The translations under genes and the position numbers were made by a program. This document shows positions 8,691-16,260 of a stretch of DNA of 29,404 nucleotides, piece by piece; the first letter of the stretch is position 1, and each line of letters starts with the position of its first letter. Under the pieces are notes generated by a model, which saw nothing but the letters and a program-made list of their open reading frames with translations, was not told the origin of the DNA and ran no database searches. This DNA comes from a virus (Duplodnaviria > Caudoviricetes): the IMG/VR virus record IMGVR_UViG_3300017913_000496, positions 1 through 29,404 of that record; one strand, 5' to 3'.

Positions 8691-8837
8691 ATGAAAACAA
8701 AAACCGGATTAACAATCATTCACGACGGCAACCGCGTCAACGTTTACACACAAGACGAAATACGAAAGAATAATGACGAAAACAAAATCGAAACGTGGAT
8801 TTTAAGCGTTTTAAGTTACTTAAAAATAAAAAGATGA
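8691..8837 (+). CDS. Hypothetical protein (48 aa, MKTKTGLTIIHDGNRV...)
   Basis: Hand-translated; ATGA overlap with the next gene. Confidence 0.65.
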   Translation: MKTKTGLTIIHDGNRVNVYTQDEIRKNNDENKIETWILSVLSYLKIKR

Positions 8838-9052
8838 GTAATATACCAAATCATTATGATAACGGCTTAAAACACGATTTAATTGACGTTATAGCGTCTT
8901 ATGAATTAAACTTTAATCGTGGCAACGTTTTGAAATACGTTGTTCGCGCCGGAAAAAAAGACAATGAAATTCAAGATTTAGAAAAGGCGTTGGATTATTT
9001 AGAGCGCGAAATAAATCATTTAACAAATAAAATAGATATTAAAAATTTTTAA
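8834..9052 (+). CDS. DUF3310 (SaV / T7 gp1.7-like) protein
   Basis: PNHY...FNRGNVLKYVVRAGKK...DLEKALDYL; start moved to the coupled ATG at 8834. Confidence 0.85.
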   Translation: MSNIPNHYDNGLKHDLIDVIASYELNFNRGNVLKYVVRAGKKDNEIQDLEKALDYLEREINHLTNKIDIKNF

Positions 9053-9054
9053 TT

Positions 9055-9177
9055 ATGTGGGGATTAAATTATTTTCCGGGCGACGAACCCGAATTTGAAT
9101 GCGCGGTTTGTGGCGTTCCATTATTTGAAGATGTTTACGTTTGTTCGAACGCGTGTTTCGAAGCGGACCAATTATAA
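9055..9177 (+). CDS. 40-aa zinc-finger microprotein
   Basis: Hand-translated MWGLNYFPGDEPEFECAVCGVPLFEDVYVCSNACFEADQL; CxxC-x10-CSxxC; packs between neighbours. Confidence 0.7.
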   Translation: MWGLNYFPGDEPEFECAVCGVPLFEDVYVCSNACFEADQL

Positions 9178-9181
9178 CATT

Positions 9182-9322
9182 ATGAAAAAAAATATTAAGT
9201 TTTTTTTAACAATTTCGTTTTGGGGTTTTTCCATTCGTCAAATAATGTTATTTAACGATATGCCAGCGGCGTTGTTCCTCTTTATTTTGGGGGTTTGCGT
9301 GGCGTTGGCAAACGACACCTAA
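9182..9322 (+). CDS. Small membrane protein (46 aa)
   Basis: AACATTATG start; two hydrophobic segments. Confidence 0.65.
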   Translation: MKKNIKFFLTISFWGFSIRQIMLFNDMPAALFLFILGVCVALANDT

Positions 9323-9357
9323 ATTTCATAATTTAGTTTTTTTTAGTTAGTTAATGT

Positions 9358-9390
9358 AAAGGCGGTCAAATTTTGGCCGTCTTTTTTTTT
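9358..9390 (+). terminator. Intrinsic terminator
   Basis: AGGCGGTCAAA/TTTGGCCGTCT stem followed by a T-run. Confidence 0.75.
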
Positions 9391-9404
9391 ATAACTTTGG
9401 GTTT

Positions 9405-9767
9405 ATGAATGCAAATCTTTTCGGTTGTTTTGCTGAATATAAATTCGCCGTTATGGCAATGGAACACGATTTGTTGGTTTCTTTTCCATTATTACACACG
9501 TCAATTTATGATTGCATTGTTCAGTCTGAAAAGGGTTTGTCCAAGGTTCAAATAAAAGCATTAAACGAAGATAAACGGACCCGTAAAAGAATTAATTTAG
9601 TTGACAGAAGCGGAAGGCGATATCAAAAAAACGATGTTGATTTTTTCGCCATATATTCAAAACAACGTGACGGTTTTTTCATAATTAAAAACGATTTAAA
9701 AATCCAATCATTTACGGTTGGTTTAGAAAAATATTCAATTTATTTTAATAACTTTGCACTACTTTAA
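9405..9767 (+). CDS. Free-standing PD-(D/E)XK endonuclease (group I intron-associated type)
   Basis: G..AE...VSFP.....YDCIV......KVQIK...Y....VDFFAIY pattern; own TAACTTTG box at 9392-9399. Confidence 0.75.
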   Translation: MNANLFGCFAEYKFAVMAMEHDLLVSFPLLHTSIYDCIVQSEKGLSKVQIKALNEDKRTRKRINLVDRSGRRYQKNDVDFFAIYSKQRDGFFIIKNDLKIQSFTVGLEKYSIYFNNFALL

Positions 9768-9829
9768 TGTTTTCATAATTGTTTTCTATTCTGAAAAGGC
9801 GCCGCAAAATGAAGTGGCGCTTTTTTTTT
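9760..9829 (+). ncRNA. Candidate ~70-nt small RNA
   Basis: TAACTTTG box at 9749-9756, terminator at 9794-9829, no ORF between; body complementary to start regions. Inferred only. Confidence 0.3.
9794..9829 (+). terminator. Intrinsic terminator
   Basis: GCGCCGC-AAAATGAA-GTGGCGC followed by T9. Confidence 0.75.
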
Positions 9830-9851
9830 ATCTTTACAAAAAATTAATCGT

Positions 9852-10064
9852 ATGGAATTAAAAATAAAACAATCAATTTTGAGAGGTGGCAAACGTTACA
9901 ATGAAGGCGACAAAATAGAATTGCCGGACAACGTGGCCCAAAATTGGATTGACAAAGGTTTTGCGTCAAAAGTTAGTAAAAAGCAAAACAAAGAAAAAAT
10001 CGAAACTAAAGAATTAAAGGTCCAAAATTTAGAATCAAAAGACGATGCGACAAATCAAGATTAA
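9852..10064 (+). CDS. Small head-associated hypothetical protein
   Basis: YNEGDKIEL...A..WI..GFA pattern often seen before head-tail adaptor genes. Confidence 0.65.
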   Translation: MELKIKQSILRGGKRYNEGDKIELPDNVAQNWIDKGFASKVSKKQNKEKIETKELKVQNLESKDDATNQD

Positions 10065-10572
10065 TTCCACAACCGGCAATGAATTATTGACCGCTCAAAA
10101 CGTCAAAGATTACGTCCGGATTGACACGTCGGCCGACGACGCAATCATTTCTGCAATTATAACCCAAGCGCGCATTTGGTGCGAAAACTATATTTCACGG
10201 GATATTGTTGCAAAGAACCGAACGTATTATTTAGACGAAACAAACGGATTGTTTGATTTGCCATTTGGTCCGGTTGCAAGTATTGAATCAATCACAATCA
10301 AAGGCACGGCAACAACCGATTATGAAACGCGGGGGTTGGACAATGAAACCATTGAATTAGACGGCGGACCGGCCGAACAAGTGAAAGTCACTTATATAAC
10401 CGCCGGGCAAAATGATTCATTAATCAAACAAGCGATGTTACAATTGATTTCAACATATTACGACAACCGCGCCGATTTCGTTGAAGGTAATTCCCGCGGG
10501 ATTGGAAGTTCCGTTGAAATACCAACATCAACAAAATCAATTTTAACGTCATATAAAACAATGTTTTTGTAA
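10045..10572 (+). CDS. Head-tail adaptor (HK97 gp6 / SPP1 gp15-like)
   Basis: VKDYVRID...DD.II...I..AR..CENY, LPFGPV, KQAMLQLISTYYDNR. Confidence 0.9.
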   Translation: MRQIKINSTTGNELLTAQNVKDYVRIDTSADDAIISAIITQARIWCENYISRDIVAKNRTYYLDETNGLFDLPFGPVASIESITIKGTATTDYETRGLDNETIELDGGPAEQVKVTYITAGQNDSLIKQAMLQLISTYYDNRADFVEGNSRGIGSSVEIPTSTKSILTSYKTMFL

Positions 10573-10898
10573 TGAACGCCGGAAAACTAAATTCAAAAAT
10601 CACAATCAAACGTTTAACAAAAACGGCCGACGGTTTCGGGGGTTACAATTCCACGTTGTCAGACGTCGCAACGGTTTGGTGCGATTTAAAACAAATTAAA
10701 GGCGAAATCGTGGACAAGTTCGGCAAACGCGAACAAGACATTGAAGTTGAAATCACAATGAGAAAAAAGACCGCCGATTTAATACAATTAGGCGACATTT
10801 TCACATTGGAAAATGGTTCACAAAAATATCGAATCAATGACAAGTTTGAATTTGATTTGGATTTTTACACAAAATTATTGGCGACAAAATCGGAATAA
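10572..10898 (+). CDS. Head closure protein (SPP1 gp16-like)
   Basis: MNAGKLNSKITI...DGFGG...TVW; gene order. Confidence 0.85.
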   Translation: MNAGKLNSKITIKRLTKTADGFGGYNSTLSDVATVWCDLKQIKGEIVDKFGKREQDIEVEITMRKKTADLIQLGDIFTLENGSQKYRINDKFEFDLDFYTKLLATKSE

Positions 10899-11345
10899 AT
10901 GCAAACGAATTTCATAAAAATAAAACAATCGGATTTGTCAAAACTTAAAAAAAAGTTAGACAATTTGCGCGCGTTTGATTCCAAAACATTGTCCGCCGAA
11001 TTAGGCAAAACGGGATTGGAAATTGTGGCCACGGCCAAAAGAAACGTAAAAGTTGACAAAGGCGCTTTAAAACAATCCATTAAGGCCCAACGGTCCGGTA
11101 AAAAAATAAACATCGTTGCGGGCGCTAATTATGCGCCTTACGTTGAATTCGGAACCGGCGGAATGGTTGATTTAACCGATATGATTGAATTAGGAATTCC
11201 GCCAAGTTACGCGGCCCAATTTAAAGGCAAGGGAATAAGGGAAGTAAATTTACCGGCGCGTCCGTTTTTCTTTAATGCCGCGCGGATTGGTTTTCGCAAT
11301 TTATTGGTCCGATTAAATAAAGAAATTAAAAACGCAATTAAATAA
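10899..11345 (+). CDS. HK97 gp10-like tail completion protein
   Basis: VDKGALKQSI, YAPYVEFGT, PARPFF. Confidence 0.88.
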   Translation: MQTNFIKIKQSDLSKLKKKLDNLRAFDSKTLSAELGKTGLEIVATAKRNVKVDKGALKQSIKAQRSGKKINIVAGANYAPYVEFGTGGMVDLTDMIELGIPPSYAAQFKGKGIREVNLPARPFFFNAARIGFRNLLVRLNKEIKNAIK

Positions 11346-11782
11346 TGTTTGAAGCTATCCATTATGTACGAAAAGCAATAATCGCCAAGTTGAACGGCAA
11401 CGTTTCAATTGACGGTTCGGACGTCCCGATTTATAATCGGGTCCCAACAAACGCGACTTATCCATTTATACGGGTTTATTCGGTTTCAAATGACGAAGTG
11501 GACCAAAACCAAACGTCGTTTAATTTCGAAACAATAACGCGCATTGAATGCGTCACACGATACGCAAGTGACGACGGCGGGGAATTAGATTGCAATTTAA
11601 TGGTTTCGCAATGTTTAGAACAATTACGGACACGGTCGGGAAATTACATTGATATTGTTTCGGACGGGTTTAAAGTTTACACAAGCGTAAACGAAGGCGT
11701 TAATTATTTGCAAGACGATTTGGCGGACCATACATATTTCCGCGCAATTATTGAAATATCAAACAAAATTGAACAATTGTAA
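11345..11782 (+). CDS. Tail terminator protein (DUF3168-like)
   Basis: IYNRVP....YPFI motif; gene order. Confidence 0.75.
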   Translation: MFEAIHYVRKAIIAKLNGNVSIDGSDVPIYNRVPTNATYPFIRVYSVSNDEVDQNQTSFNFETITRIECVTRYASDDGGELDCNLMVSQCLEQLRTRSGNYIDIVSDGFKVYTSVNEGVNYLQDDLADHTYFRAIIEISNKIEQL

Positions 11783-11783
11783 A

Positions 11784-11948
11784 ATGGAAGATTTGAAATT
11801 ATATCTATTGAACACATTTTCGTTTGTCGTTTCATTTACTGAAATCGACGCGGTTTTAAAAATATTATTGTTAGCGGTTTCAATAGGTTACACCGCACAA
11901 CGTTGGTACTTATTAAATAAACAAAAAAATGGAAAAAATAAGCAATAA
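11784..11948 (+). CDS. Small holin-like membrane protein (54 aa)
   Basis: Hydrophobic segments with a basic C-tail; start moved to ATG 11784, 1 nt after the upstream stop. Confidence 0.55.
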   Translation: MEDLKLYLLNTFSFVVSFTEIDAVLKILLLAVSIGYTAQRWYLLNKQKNGKNKQ

Positions 11949-12189
11949 AATTGTGGCATTATCCGGAACCCTTTTGTTGGGCGTTGCCGGTTGGTTGGTT
12001 ACGTCGGTTTATTCAATTCAAGTTGACACCCAAATAATCAAAGAAAAAATTCAAAAGGTTTACGCGGACAATTGCCCTTATTGCGTACACGCGGCGCATT
12101 CGAGCATTGCCGAACACCCATTGTTGGCGCCCACGATTAAACATTCACACCGTCACATTGGCGACGAAATAATTTTGGTTAATGAGTAA
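11929..12189 (+). CDS. Membrane-anchored protein with CPYC/His-rich C-terminus
   Basis: N-terminal TM helix, then CPYCVHAAH...HSHRH. Confidence 0.65.
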   Translation: MEKISNKIVALSGTLLLGVAGWLVTSVYSIQVDTQIIKEKIQKVYADNCPYCVHAAHSSIAEHPLLAPTIKHSHRHIGDEIILVNE

Positions 12190-12463
12190 AATTGACGAAA
12201 ATACCGAATTGACATTTGATTTAAAAACAATCGTCATAATTGTCGGCGGGATTGCGTCGTTGATTGGTTTATATTTTACGTTACAAAAAGATATTCAAGA
12301 AGCCAAAGAATTGCCAAAACCAACAATAACGCGGACCGAATACGATTTAAAAGACCAATTGATTCGCCAAACAATAATGGACACCCAAAAAAAGGTTGAC
12401 GAAAACGGCGACAAATTAGACAAAATTGAATCCCGATTGTACGATTTAACGACCAAACAATGA
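12182..12463 (+). CDS. Membrane-anchored coiled-coil protein (lysis cassette)
   Basis: TM segment IVIIVGGIASLIGLYF followed by a heptad-like C-terminus. Confidence 0.65.
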   Translation: MSKIDENTELTFDLKTIVIIVGGIASLIGLYFTLQKDIQEAKELPKPTITRTEYDLKDQLIRQTIMDTQKKVDENGDKLDKIESRLYDLTTKQ

Positions 12464-12771
12464 AACGAATTTTAATTTTATTATTGTTTTATTCAGCATT
12501 TGCCAACGCGCAAAAAGTTATTGTTTACCAAATCAATGCCGATTGGAATAAACATCACACATTGGATTTGAATTTAAAAAACTGTAAATATATTTTTGCG
12601 GACATTGAACAAATCGCGCCAAAAATTCGTGAATCAATTGTTTCATTGCCGGCGATTTTAATATATAAGGAAGGCCGAAACCGTCGTCAATATATGGGCG
12701 GGATTGACTTAAAATTGGACGTTACAGAAAAGGAGATTCAGCAATTTATTAATGAATTAAACAATGACTAA
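12460..12771 (+). CDS. Secreted thioredoxin-fold protein lacking CxxC
   Basis: Signal peptide ending ANA; VYQINADWN in place of F.A.WC; SLPAILIYKEG cis-Pro-like motif. Confidence 0.6.
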   Translation: MKRILILLLFYSAFANAQKVIVYQINADWNKHHTLDLNLKNCKYIFADIEQIAPKIRESIVSLPAILIYKEGRNRRQYMGGIDLKLDVTEKEIQQFINELNND

Positions 12772-13159
12772 AAATTTTAAAATAAACGAATTTGAATGTA
12801 AAGGCAATTTAAAAGGTTGCCAATGTAAAATGACCGCCGACGTTAAAAACAATTTGACGAAATTAGCGGACCAATTGCAAATTTTGCGTGACAAAGTAGA
12901 AAAGCCAATTAAAATAAATTCCGCTTTTCGGTGCGAATCCTGGAATGAAAAATGTGGCGGGTCAAAAAATTCACAACATAAATTGGGAAAAGCGGCGGAC
13001 ATTGTTATTAACGGAATGACGCCAAACGAGGTTCACGAATTGGTTTGTGAAATGGTCGAATTGGGACAAATAAAAATTGGCGGAATTGGCAAATATAACA
13101 CGTTCACACATTTAGACATTCGCGATTATAAGGCGCGTTGGGATTATACAAAAAAATAA
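12764..13159 (+). CDS. Endolysin, peptidase M15 family
   Basis: EFECK, INSAFRC, SQHKLGKAADI, GIGKY..FTHLDIR. Confidence 0.9.
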   Translation: MTKNFKINEFECKGNLKGCQCKMTADVKNNLTKLADQLQILRDKVEKPIKINSAFRCESWNEKCGGSKNSQHKLGKAADIVINGMTPNEVHELVCEMVELGQIKIGGIGKYNTFTHLDIRDYKARWDYTKK

Positions 13160-13163
13160 AATT

Positions 13164-13607
13164 ATGCCACGAAAAAAATTTAAAGACACGAAAGTTGGAC
13201 AATTTATTTTAAAAAAATTACCGGGATTTGTTGGCGAAGTATTGCCGGATAAAGGCGTTTTGGGCGTTGTTAAAAATCTAATTGACAACGAACCGGAATT
13301 GACCCCGGAAGAAAAAACCGCAATGCACGACGAATTGATTGAATTCTATAAATTGGAAGTTGCGGACCGCGATTCAGCGCGTAAACGTGAAGTTGAAAAG
13401 GCAAAAACCGGCGGTTTCGATTTAATGTTTAATTTAACCGGAATTATTGGTTTGGCTGCATTTGCGTTTATTATTTACGCGATTGTTTATTTGCAAATCC
13501 CGGAATCCAACAAGGAAGTTTGGATTCATTTAATTGGTATTTGTGAAGGGATTGTTTTATCAATATTCGGTTATTTTTACGGTTCCGCCGTACGCAAAAA
13601 CAAATAA
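13164..13607 (+). CDS. Holin-like protein with two C-terminal TM helices
   Basis: DRDSARKRE motif, two TM segments, GYFYGS end; follows the endolysin. Confidence 0.7.
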   Translation: MPRKKFKDTKVGQFILKKLPGFVGEVLPDKGVLGVVKNLIDNEPELTPEEKTAMHDELIEFYKLEVADRDSARKREVEKAKTGGFDLMFNLTGIIGLAAFAFIIYAIVYLQIPESNKEVWIHLIGICEGIVLSIFGYFYGSAVRKNK

Positions 13608-13609
13608 TT

Positions 13610-13747
13610 ATGGCGCGCAATAAAAACGTTTTAAACACATATAAGAAACAAAAAAAGCGTCGCAAAGGGATTCATTCAAAAAAGAAAACATCGTCACTTA
13701 AAACGTCTAAAAACTACAAAAAGAAATACAACGGCCAAGGCCGATAA
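13610..13747 (+). CDS. Highly basic 45-aa peptide
   Basis: Hand-translated MARNKNVLNTYKKQKKRRKGIHSKKKTSSLKTSKNYKKKYNGQGR; fills the gap with an AATTATG start. Confidence 0.7.
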   Translation: MARNKNVLNTYKKQKKRRKGIHSKKKTSSLKTSKNYKKKYNGQGR

Positions 13748-13758
13748 AATTTAAAATT

Positions 13759-14058
13759 ATGGCAACAAGACCCCTATATTCATTTAATCATTTTTCGCGA
13801 ATGCATTACGGCGATTTTGGAATCCGTTGTTTGGACAAAGACAACGTCAAAGGTTTGACGTCGTCGCCAAGTGGCGAAACATATTGCAAAATCCAAGTTT
13901 TAAAAGACGCCGAAATCACATTCACAAACGGACACACCGAAGGCCAACAAACATTCACGGCAATTGAGATAAAAGAAGGGCAAACAATTTATGGCGAATT
14001 TTCAAGCGTTACAATGGTCAACGGAATTGCGCTTTGTTATTTGCGACATAACAATTAA
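13759..14058 (+). CDS. Small beta-rich putative virion protein
   Basis: GQTIYGEFSSVT...G.ALCY pattern; precedes the fibre gene. Confidence 0.6.
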   Translation: MATRPLYSFNHFSRMHYGDFGIRCLDKDNVKGLTSSPSGETYCKIQVLKDAEITFTNGHTEGQQTFTAIEIKEGQTIYGEFSSVTMVNGIALCYLRHNN

Positions 14059-14096
14059 AATTTTAATTTTTGTATTTTTGCTAAAAACAAATTTAT

Positions 14097-15383
14097 ATGT
14101 CATTAGCAGACGACGCAAAAATTCTTCTTATTCCGTCCGGTTATAAAACCGACACACCAAACGGAAAATTATATTCAGTTTTTCCAACAGACGGAAATCA
14201 AGATTTTAGAATTGATAGAGCAACAACCGGAACACGAATAAATCCAGGCGGTTTAATTGAAACAATGTTAGCAGACACACCGCGTTTGAATCATTATGGC
14301 GGAAATTGTCCGTCGGTTTTACGAGAGGTTGGACGAACAAATTTAATGGCAAGTTCGCAAGATTTTAATTATTCAGGTTATTCAAGAACAAGATGTACAG
14401 TTGATTCAACAAATTTAATTGCACCGGACGGAACATTGACCGGAAATAAAATTGAATCAACAAATACAAGCGTTGCGAATATAAGGGAATTTTTAAGCAT
14501 AACGGCCGGAAGTGATTTTTCAATGAGTTTTTTCGTAAAAAAAGGAACCGGAACGCATATTTCAACCGGTATTTTTAATTCATCAAGTAATAGTTTTGTT
14601 AGATATTTTGTTGATTTGGAAACAATGGAATATGACGGTTCATTGTCCGAAGTTGGTAGCGAAATAAGTTTAATTAGTAGACAAATTATTGATTATGGGA
14701 ATGGTTGGAATCGAATTATCACAAACGTTAGCACAAATACAACAACCGGATTGAATATATATATTTATCCACAAACAAACGGAACAACGTTTGCGTCAAC
14801 AATTGGCGAATACAATTATTTTTGGGGTTGGCAAACGGAACAAGGAATTGGCGCAACAAGTTATATAAAAACAACAACCGCAAGCGTTACGCGTAATTTA
14901 GACAATATAAATTGCGAAAATGAAACTTATGAAACCGGCAATGATGTAACGTGGTTTTTAGATTTTGATAGTTATACCTTTACAAATAGTTTTAGACCGC
15001 TAATTGTTATAAGAAATTCCGGTTTTACCGAAACAATGGATTGGATTTCATATAATAGTGGTAGTGATTATTATTTTAGAATGAGGGTTACAAATCAATC
15101 ATCATTGCAAACAATTATAGCATTTGGACAAAATGCGATTCAAATGTTTCAAAGAAATAAAGTTGCGCTTCGTTTATATGGTAGTAATTATGAAATTTAT
15201 GTTAATGGCGTTCGAGAGTACACCGGAACATCAACAAATGGCGATTGGAAAATAATAAACAATTCAGCAATTTTAAATGATTTCGGTAGTCATTCCGAAG
15301 CGCCGTCAATGAAATTATACGATTTCCGCGTTTATGATAAAACAATGACGCAATCGGATTTAGAAACATTAACAACATTATAA
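14097..15383 (+). CDS. Putative receptor-binding/fibre protein (CBM-like plus LamG/concanavalin-like domains)
   Basis: R.TTGTRIN..GLIE, PRL, RTNL..S, APDGTLTG, YGNGWNR, EQG..ATSYIKT, IYVNGV, FRVYDK motifs. Confidence 0.75.
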   Translation: MSLADDAKILLIPSGYKTDTPNGKLYSVFPTDGNQDFRIDRATTGTRINPGGLIETMLADTPRLNHYGGNCPSVLREVGRTNLMASSQDFNYSGYSRTRCTVDSTNLIAPDGTLTGNKIESTNTSVANIREFLSITAGSDFSMSFFVKKGTGTHISTGIFNSSSNSFVRYFVDLETMEYDGSLSEVGSEISLISRQIIDYGNGWNRIITNVSTNTTTGLNIYIYPQTNGTTFASTIGEYNYFWGWQTEQGIGATSYIKTTTASVTRNLDNINCENETYETGNDVTWFLDFDSYTFTNSFRPLIVIRNSGFTETMDWISYNSGSDYYFRMRVTNQSSLQTIIAFGQNAIQMFQRNKVALRLYGSNYEIYVNGVREYTGTSTNGDWKIINNSAILNDFGSHSEAPSMKLYDFRVYDKTMTQSDLETLTTL

Positions 15384-15385
15384 TT

Positions 15386-15718
15386 ATGGCACATATAGTT
15401 AAAAAATACGAGTTTGAAAATGAATCAATCGTTGATTCTTTAATCACTAATTTAGGCGTTGAAACCGACGACGACGGTAACGAATATCCAACACACGAAA
15501 ACGCCATTGTTAAAATTGGTTATTTTGTTGTTACGGACGGCGAAATTGACGACGACGGAAACGAAATCACACCGCCGGTTTTATACGATAAATTTTGCGT
15601 TGACGTTTTTTGGCAAGACGAAAACGATTCAGCAATTGCCGATTGGTCCGCGTACGAAATAACAATACAAGACGAAGGCGTCCACCAATTCGCCGGGATT
15701 AATTATATCACGGATTAA
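15386..15718 (+). CDS. Acidic fibre-associated protein
   Basis: KKYEF...DDDGNEITPPV...VDVFW...HQFAG; starts 2 nt after the fibre gene. Confidence 0.6.
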   Translation: MAHIVKKYEFENESIVDSLITNLGVETDDDGNEYPTHENAIVKIGYFVVTDGEIDDDGNEITPPVLYDKFCVDVFWQDENDSAIADWSAYEITIQDEGVHQFAGINYITD

Positions 15719-15728
15719 TAAAATAAAT

Positions 15729-15748
15729 AATTCGTATATTTACAAAAA
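15729..15748 (+). promoter_or_regulatory. Putative late promoter AATTCGTATATTTACAAAAA
   Basis: Exact copy of 6280-6299. Confidence 0.7.
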
Positions 15749-15775
15749 ATTTAATAAACTTTAAAACATAAAAAT

Positions 15776-16183
15776 ATGGCTACGACTGGAGCATTTAACG
15801 GGACTGATTTAATCTTAAAAGTTGAAACGGTAACGGTTGGACACACAACAAGTTGTTCAATGAGTTTTTCAATGGACACACCGGAAGCAACAACAAAAGA
15901 TTCAAACGGATTTTCGGAATATATTGGCGGCGTAAAAGGCGGCGAAATATCATTCGAAGGTTTGGTCGCTTATGACGATAGCGCAAACGCTATTGAAATG
16001 GCGGATTATTTATTGGCGCGTACACAATTAACGTGCGTATTTGGAACCGCCGAAACCGGCGACGCGGTATATACTGCGGAAGGATTTTTGACATCTGTTG
16101 AAATGTCCGCGGAAATGGAATCGGCCGTGACTTATTCCGGGTCAATCACAATAACCGGCGCGATTACTAAATCCACAAATTAA
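15776..16183 (+). CDS. Major tail tube protein (TP901-1-like)
   Basis: NGTDLIL, EATTKDSNGFSEYIGG, ISFEGL, TYSGSITITGAI. Confidence 0.9.
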   Translation: MATTGAFNGTDLILKVETVTVGHTTSCSMSFSMDTPEATTKDSNGFSEYIGGVKGGEISFEGLVAYDDSANAIEMADYLLARTQLTCVFGTAETGDAVYTAEGFLTSVEMSAEMESAVTYSGSITITGAITKSTN

Positions 16184-16207
16184 GAAATTAAAAGTTTATT
16201 ATTTTTG

Positions 16208-16238
16208 GCCGCCGTCATTTTTTGGCGGTGGCTTTTTT
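16208..16238 (+). terminator. Intrinsic terminator
   Basis: GCCGCCGTCA/TGGCGGTGGC stem followed by T6. Confidence 0.75.
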
Positions 16239-16260
16239 ATTAACGACAAACAACAAACAA

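Noticed and set aside
9323-9851. Group I intron around the PD-(D/E)XK endonuclease
   Set aside because: No interrupted gene, and the flanks are too short for an intron core. The gene has its own promoter box and terminator.
14097-15383. Diversity-generating retroelement or invertible fibre cassette
   Set aside because: No reverse transcriptase, invertase or TR/VR repeat pair was seen.
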